The notes under the pieces were generated by a model. That model did no database searches. It saw only the letters and a program-made list of their open reading frames with translations, and was not told the origin of the DNA. Both the position numbers and the translations under genes were made by a program. From Tubiluchus corallicola (taxonomy: Eukaryota > Animalia > Priapulida), in the NCBI GenBank assembly GCA_030141605.1, contig JAQGDQ010000062.1, positions 124,001 to 188,000 of the forward strand: DNA of 64,000 nt. The letters are read 5' to 3'. Shown piece by piece: positions 40,736 through 64,000 of this stretch (positions within the stretch are counted from its first letter, which is position 1; each line of letters begins with the position of its first letter).

Positions 40736-57143
<16,408 letters not shown>

Positions 57144-60074
57144 CTGAAATGAATAAAGATGAAGGTAGCAATAACGTGTTGGTTGTTACACTATAAATGC
57201 GATATGTAAAGGTCTCAGAAAATTACCACAATTATTAGTACGCAGCGAAAGTGGCTGAGTGCCAATAACTAGAACGTTGTCTTGACAATAAGGTTTAGAG
57301 AGTATGTCTGCAACTTGCTAATACATGTAGCTATCTTATATAACATCTCACATGACAAATATCTATTATTTATCTTCTCGTGAGCATTTATTCAATGCAA
57401 TGTAACCATAAGGCGTTTTTTAGCACTTGAGGTGAGGTGAATAGTTGACTGATGCATTTGGGGCGTGCTTTGCGGCTGAAGCAAAGCAAAGCCGAGATTG
57501 GTCAGTGAATGTAAGTGACCACAAGTGACCACACTAATTAGACGGTCATAATTACTATACCGATTCCGACAGGATCCGAACGTGAGTAAAACACCCCTGC
57601 TGTCAGGCCACGCACGTTAAATGCCTCTGTCGCTGCCGGGTTCTAGTGTGTGTCTGAAGGCATAAGAAAATCTAGCCGATAATAATATTTATCAAATACT
57701 GTAGCTGACGGAATGTCCAAAAACAAAACTTCTAATTCCGCATTGGCTTGCTAACGGTTATTTATTCTGGGGGAAAACTAAATCAAAATATTAAATCATT
57801 TAGGTGAATTACAAAAACATTACAGATTGCAACGAAATTGTAAATGTTGTGTTGCAAAGTAGAAATGCATCAAATAGAAATTAAACTTTGAACTTACGTA
57901 TATTGGCCAGCTCTGGCATTTAAATCTTAAAAGCATCAACAAACAGCAAGTCACAAGTCACATTTACTTTCACAAGATCAAATCAGGCTAAATTAAGCAG
58001 AATCTAGACAGTGTCACACTTTACTGTCCTATTGCCTTCTGTATTAAGAAAGATGAATCACCTGAGTATAAGTATATAGTCCAAATTTACAGCAAGAAAT
58101 TCATTCCAGGCCTAAAGGCCTAAAAGGTGGCAGCACATAACAGTATCATTATCCCCAACAAATACCGTATTTTCAGTTATGACGCCCTGTAAGCCAAAAA
58201 CGCTCTATTCTTCGATAAATCTAAAAAGTTCAACAGTACTAAAATGTTGGTGCTTCACTTCGAAAGATGTGCAAATAAATAGAGAATACGAAAAATTCCA
58301 CTAACTGCCTTGAAGACACCTGTTTCATTTTTTAAACCATCTAATATTCAGAGTGGTATACTTTTTCCGATTGAACTAAATGGCCTGGAAATTCACCAAA
58401 CCTCAACCCTCGCACAGACTGATAGCAAAAAATGGCGGAATAGCAAAAATGTCATTGCTCATGTTCAATATAGAAGTTTGTGGCACATCTGCAAGATGTG
58501 TTGAAGAAGCTTGAGTTTTTATAGTCACTCCTCCAACCATACTCCTGAAGATTGCAAGCTTGAATAGATTGTTCTGTATTGTTATTCGTAGTTTTTATAC
58601 CCCTTCCCGTAGCAAAAGGTTATGTACCACCCTGTAGAACTCGCTCATTTACAATGACTGGGTCAGAGATCTTTCAGATTTCAGAACATTTAAGTCATAA
58701 AAAGTAATTAAAAATAAAGCACATTAATGAACGTAACGGGTGATTAAATACAATGATATGTATATATGTAATTTTATATACAGTTATATACATGTAGAAT
58801 TTTACATTGATGACTATGTCCGGCGCAGTATAATCTGAGTAAAGTTTTAACTTTGATATACCTGACTAAAATACGAAACCTTGCTTTCAATGTGTAATGA
58901 AAACATATCATAAATAAGCAAACTACACACCGAATGGATCCTTAACTTTTATGTTAGAGAAAAAACGTAAAGGTGCTGGTTCGTATCTTAGTAATGTACA
59001 CATTTTGTGTTTGTGAAAAAGATGAAAAAATTTAAATCTGTTCGTCGGAGAAAGAAGATGGAAGGAGAAGGAGACGGAGATAACTGCACTAAACAACAGA
59101 ATGTTCATTATTTCTTCTTATTTACGACGGGTGAGCCAAGAATGAAGTGATCCATGGTGATCCATGTGAACCGTCGCTCCTGCCACACAACAATACATGT
59201 AAAAGACGCGACAATAACAGTAATTTTGATATCGTGTAATTCGTCTTTCTTCAGCTAAATGCCTTTTCACGTCAGCAAGGTAGTACTTCTGTATTGGTCT
59301 GTATTGGACATAAACCGAAAAGGCTGAGGAGAAGGGAATTCTCATGGGGCTGGTAATGCTGCTCAGAGATTTATATGACTCATTTGAGCTCAATCTGCAC
59401 CGCTCTTACGCCATTATGTGGTCGTTAGGAAGGTAAGGAATTGCATGTTTAAGTTACAGGATTGTTACACATAGGATGACTGAACAGTTTGTAACAAATG
59501 GATATGAGATACAGATCTAACAGCAAAAATGCAAATTCCACTATCAAATGTCGAATAAACATTTTTCACCCGCATTCGCATCCGCATAGTTGGTATTTCC
59601 TAATTATGAAGCCGGTGGATAAGCATCATATTAATTTGTTAGACATTAATGGAGCACTGTACTCCTCTGCGCTTCAGTACCTTGTATAGCACCACCACAA
59701 TGCTTATAGTTAGTACCACTTACAATCATGATGTTAATGATATAAACATATTGCTTGAAAATTAATAAACATTATTGAAAGTCTTCAGCTGTCATTTAGT
59801 TTTGCTATTGCCTTGAGTAATCCCAGCTACCCGCATGACGCACTATTTGCAAACATCAAAAGTCCGGGAAATGAAATTTCTCGGAAGTACTTTTTCAGGC
59901 GACTACCTATCCAAGTATAAAACAGACTCAGCGCTGCTTACCTGATCCTACATGCAGGATGTTTACATTTCCAAAGGTTTGTTAAAATTCTTACTGGTAT
60001 TACTGATACACGCCATCGTAATAATTTCACGTACTTGGCACAGAATAGAGACGTACTTTTGCGTTTTTGCAGTT

Positions 60075-60580
60075 AATGTCTTGTCTTGAAGTTTTAATTT
60101 TGAACAAACTTTTATTTTTGAGAATCGCAGGCGGAAAAAGGCGGAAGCATATAAATCCAGATCTCCAGTGTGATATATTTCGAACGTATCCAGCACTCGT
60201 TTTCATACATAATAAACCAGAACGATCTATGAAAGAAAAATTAACAGTATAACGCACCTTACTAGCAAAAGCATACACAGAAGAAAAACCAAGAAACACA
60301 ACACAAATAAATCAGTATTTATTTGTCACTTAGGGGGTTAATGTTAATTACTGATTGATTTTCTTCTGTGTGTTTTACTTAAGAATTTAGATTGATATTT
60401 GTGCGTTTTGCAGTTTTGACTTTCGTGTTATAGGTTGTTCTAGTTATTCTGGCTGAAGATGAGAGCTGGATACGTTCAAAACGTATCAAAATTAGACGTG
60501 GATTTTTACGCTATCGTTTCTGTTTTTAATTTGCTTTAAATTTTGCTTTTAATTTAGCTTCAAAAATGACAAGGATTTCA
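60075..60580. repeat. Diverged inverted duplication (~240-bp arms) carrying Penelope-type minimal hammerhead-like motifs
   Basis: The reverse complement of 60075-60317 aligns with 60349-60580 through shared blocks: tactgatt, ttttcttctgtgt, gtgcgtt, gctggatacgttc, tggattt, cttcaa, gacaag. Confidence 0.8.
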
Positions 60581-61523
60581 TTTGTTTAAATTTAAGCGAG
60601 AATTCATTCCAAAGCCACTTGGTTTTAAAAAGTTTGTTTGACGACAAGTAGACGAAATCCTTGTTTTGCTCTTGAATCAATTTCATGGCCATTATTACTT
60701 ATTACCATCTTTTACACGCTGAATAATAACAACATTTTCTTCTAATTCTAATCTTCGCCAATTACGTTTTTTATATCACGTCCATTCAGAGTAACCTCTC
60801 TAGCTTATTGTGGTGGAAAATGCCAGGTTTCTATTGATTGGTCGTCAGGAACTTTGAAATTTTGCAGCTTCTCAACACGGATTGGTATTACTAGTTTTTG
60901 TAAAATGCACGTTTTATTCGAGTTTCAAGACAGCCTATAATTTGCAACGTGACAATGTTAACATTCGTGCGGCAGCTGAGCAGAACGTCATTATTTAGCT
61001 GTAATTTATTCACCAGCAGACTTAATTTAAGGTAGATTTTGAAGGCAAGATATATACTTAAACTAATTTGTCAAACTATGTTAAAAAGATTTGATTAAAG
61101 AGAATATAAGGAAAGTTAAAGACGGTGGTGGTTCATTATATGTAGTTGACCTTGAAAATGCTTTACAAGATTTTGATTTGAAGGTGTTATAAATGTCATT
61201 AGTACACTTTTACGTTTTAAGTTCATTTTGCAGGTCAGTCAATGACAACTTCTAAGAAAGCAATTTTTATACGACGGCTGTGGTTGGGGTTGGCACTACG
61301 TAACCTAATTTTAGGTATTACAGAGATGCCTAGATTTATTAAATAGGCGATTAAATGATTATGTTGATTAAATAATTATTATAATATTATCATCTGCTAA
61401 TTGTCCACGGATATTTTAGGCTCAAAATGAATAAAAAGAATTAATTAGCCTGAGCGATCTAACATTGAAAATACTGAATTCGGTTGGAGCTGCTATAAGG
61501 AATGAACTTTGGATTACCACTGA

Positions 61524-61600
61524 GGGATTGTGGTGGGCTAGTGGGAATCCGAGGCATCTGCAATGTAAGCAGAAGGTCCTTAGTTCAAATCCTGACTGCA
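61524..61600 (+). mobile_element. Possible tRNA-derived SINE head
   Basis: A-box-like TGGGCTAGTGG (~61534) and B-box-like GTTCAAATCC (~61583). No cloverleaf is evident. Confidence 0.4.
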
Positions 61601-63742
61601 CATACAAAAGATAAATTGAGGTGAGGCATTCAAGTGAAATAACTGATTCAGCACAGCAAGCGTATAAGATAGACGGTACAGACGAACCCTTCAACGACTG
61701 GGAAACAGCCAGATTAGAGGTTTTAACACACCATATATTACAAAAACAAAAAGTATGTAATAAATGGCATACGCTACTACAAAACAATGATGCAAAGGGG
61801 ATATGACGGAAAAGGGACAGGTAAAAGGGAGTGACATAGTTTGTAAAAAACATTACAGTGGGCGGAAATATAATCTTTTCAATATAAGACTACGTTACCA
61901 GCTGAAAATGCTACTTTTCATCATATACATTCGAATGTATGTATATCTGTTTTGGATGACGAATTTTGAGGTTCTTACAGTAGCTAAGCCGCTGAAAGTT
62001 CTAGTGATGGTTGATGTGCAGAAATGGTTCAGCGTCCAAATGTTTTGCGAACGATGATGCCTGTACTATTAACTTTACTAAATACAATTTTCTCAGACGC
62101 AGCTTTCCCTGCGGCTGAGGTGTACATCGGTATCATAAACATTAACACTGTATATACTTAATCTTGCTGCGGTTAAAGTTAGAGAAAGTAAAAATTTTAC
62201 TGGAATCTTCGGACGTAACAGCAAATGAGGCTGAAGAGCAAATGTTCAGTTTAAAACGATTAGTAGAATGTTCAGGAGGTGGAATTTTTACTGATATTGC
62301 AAGACTTGCAACGGTTACAATCTAGCTTCATTCAAAAACCCTTGGAACTTTCATAGCTCCTAGCGACAAGAGAGAGGCGCTGCTTCCAGTTACGCAGGTG
62401 AAACAGCAACTAAAAAATGTTTATAGTAATAATAATAGCTAATACCAATAGATCTTGCACCTCCGCATAAACCCCGTTATTATAACAGACAGAAATTCCA
62501 ATACTGGCGTATCGGCTAACAGCTGATTTAACCCATTATCCGCGTTAGTTTCCATCAATAATTAATTTGGTACTTAATATTTGAACAGTTGAGATAGAAC
62601 CAATAGTAGCGTATTGTTCAAGCACCTCGATCACTGCAGTAACACGTAACCCGTGCTGGTATTATTAAGGTGATATAGGTAGACTCTAGCGTACTTTTTA
62701 TTTCGAAATCGTGTAACATTGGCTCATTGTTGATATAGAAGTGGTCATTGTTTTAGCGAATAACAAAGCTAACAAGACGTTATATAACTTACAATTCATA
62801 CATTTTTCTGTCTTTATCTGTTAATAGCTATCAATGTGTATTTTAAATATGGAAGATTTACACAATTTTGGCTTAACTAAAAATTCCTTCTTTCTGTTTT
62901 CATTTGCCTTGTATAAATTGTCGAAAGAATTTTATTTAAAAAACGTGAGTATATCGAAGCTGAAACTTCGTAAAGATATTTGATTAAAGAGCTAGTGACT
63001 TTTTAACCGCATCATGTACTTAGAAAGCAAGCTCAATAAAAAACTATTTGTTCTTTCACGAAACCACCAACATTCAAGAATTTCGTTTAGAAAGAGGCTG
63101 TCTCTCTTGCGAATCTTTCCTTTGTGGTTTCGGTGGTCTTGTGCTTATAAATTTCCTGTTTCAATTATATTGTTCACACGGAGTATTCGATCATTTTTAT
63201 TCTACCAAAATGTAAAATGTGATTGGCGAATAATTATCGTGAGTTTAGGCACCCAGGTTTTTTGGCATTTGTTGTTCCGGTTCTCCAGGAACACTCAGTA
63301 AGTGAGATTTACAAATTACTGCTAATGTACTGTTAGTTATTGATCCAGCAAGGTTAATCGTGTTATGGGCATTGTAAAAAACTTTTTTTGTGTGAAGTAA
63401 GAACCTAGCAGGGTAGATCGAACTGACGGTAATTTGATAGAAACTTTCTAGCAAAAAGATTTGTTGCCTTGAAAAGTTGATTTAATAATTAACGTGGGAT
63501 TGTTAACCTTCCTGACTAATTCATCTGAAAGGCTTCAGCGAGGTTTGTTTTAGCTACATGTTGGCAGAGAGAATTGTCAATCAATCACATGAATTAAAAT
63601 TCTAAGCAGGCATCAAGCGTAGAAAAAATTGAGGCAACTCATATATACTGGCTGGGCTAAAGAAAGGAATGTGTGTATGTGCGTGCACATTGACAAAAGA
63701 ATGAAAGCACAAATGCTTGGATAGAGTGAAAAGAAGCAGCGT

Positions 63743-64000
<258 letters not shown>

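Noticed and set aside
57895-57920. MPELANI|R as first coding exon of the Ig gene
   Set aside because: Correct phase and a GTAAGT donor, but no signal peptide, which a GPI-anchored protein requires.
59200-59400. Faint RT-like string (EEKGILMGLVMLLRDLY)
   Set aside because: Too short and degenerate to call as a LINE fragment.
61524-61600. tRNA gene
   Set aside because: A/B-box-like motifs only, with no acceptor or anticodon stems; kept as a low-confidence SINE head.

Overview
AT-rich (roughly one-third GC by eye) metazoan genomic DNA, most likely from an invertebrate, with spliced genes that the ORF track captures only in fragments. Reading GT-AG exons by hand gives five genes. On + are Pin1 (4 coding exons, 6407-9557, 158 aa), the ceramide transfer protein CERT/COL4A3BP (13 exons, 15144-31570, 598 aa), frataxin (3 coding exons, 35563-39022, 200 aa) and a single-coding-exon CHST8-14-type sulfotransferase (44978-46024). 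On - is a three-Ig, GPI-signal DIP/lachesin/IgLON-like adhesion gene (8 exons found, 40736-57143; signal-peptide exon not securely located). The sulfotransferase sits antisense inside an intron of the Ig gene. Introns and intergenic DNA hold decayed LINEs, an internally deleted Tigger, several MITEs with TIRs and target-site duplications, a solo LTR that splits a CR1 fragment, a 35-bp minisatellite and microsatellites. The most notable observations are: the nested sulfotransferase; a Cys/Trp swap in Ig domain 3 predicting a CD4-D2-like intra-sheet disulfide; a ~500-bp inverted duplication whose arms each carry a decayed minimal hammerhead-ribozyme motif of the Penelope type; a LINE ORF1 with three tandem CCCH zinc fingers; and substitutions at two functionally characterised CERT positions. 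All family assignments come from recalled motifs, not database searches.
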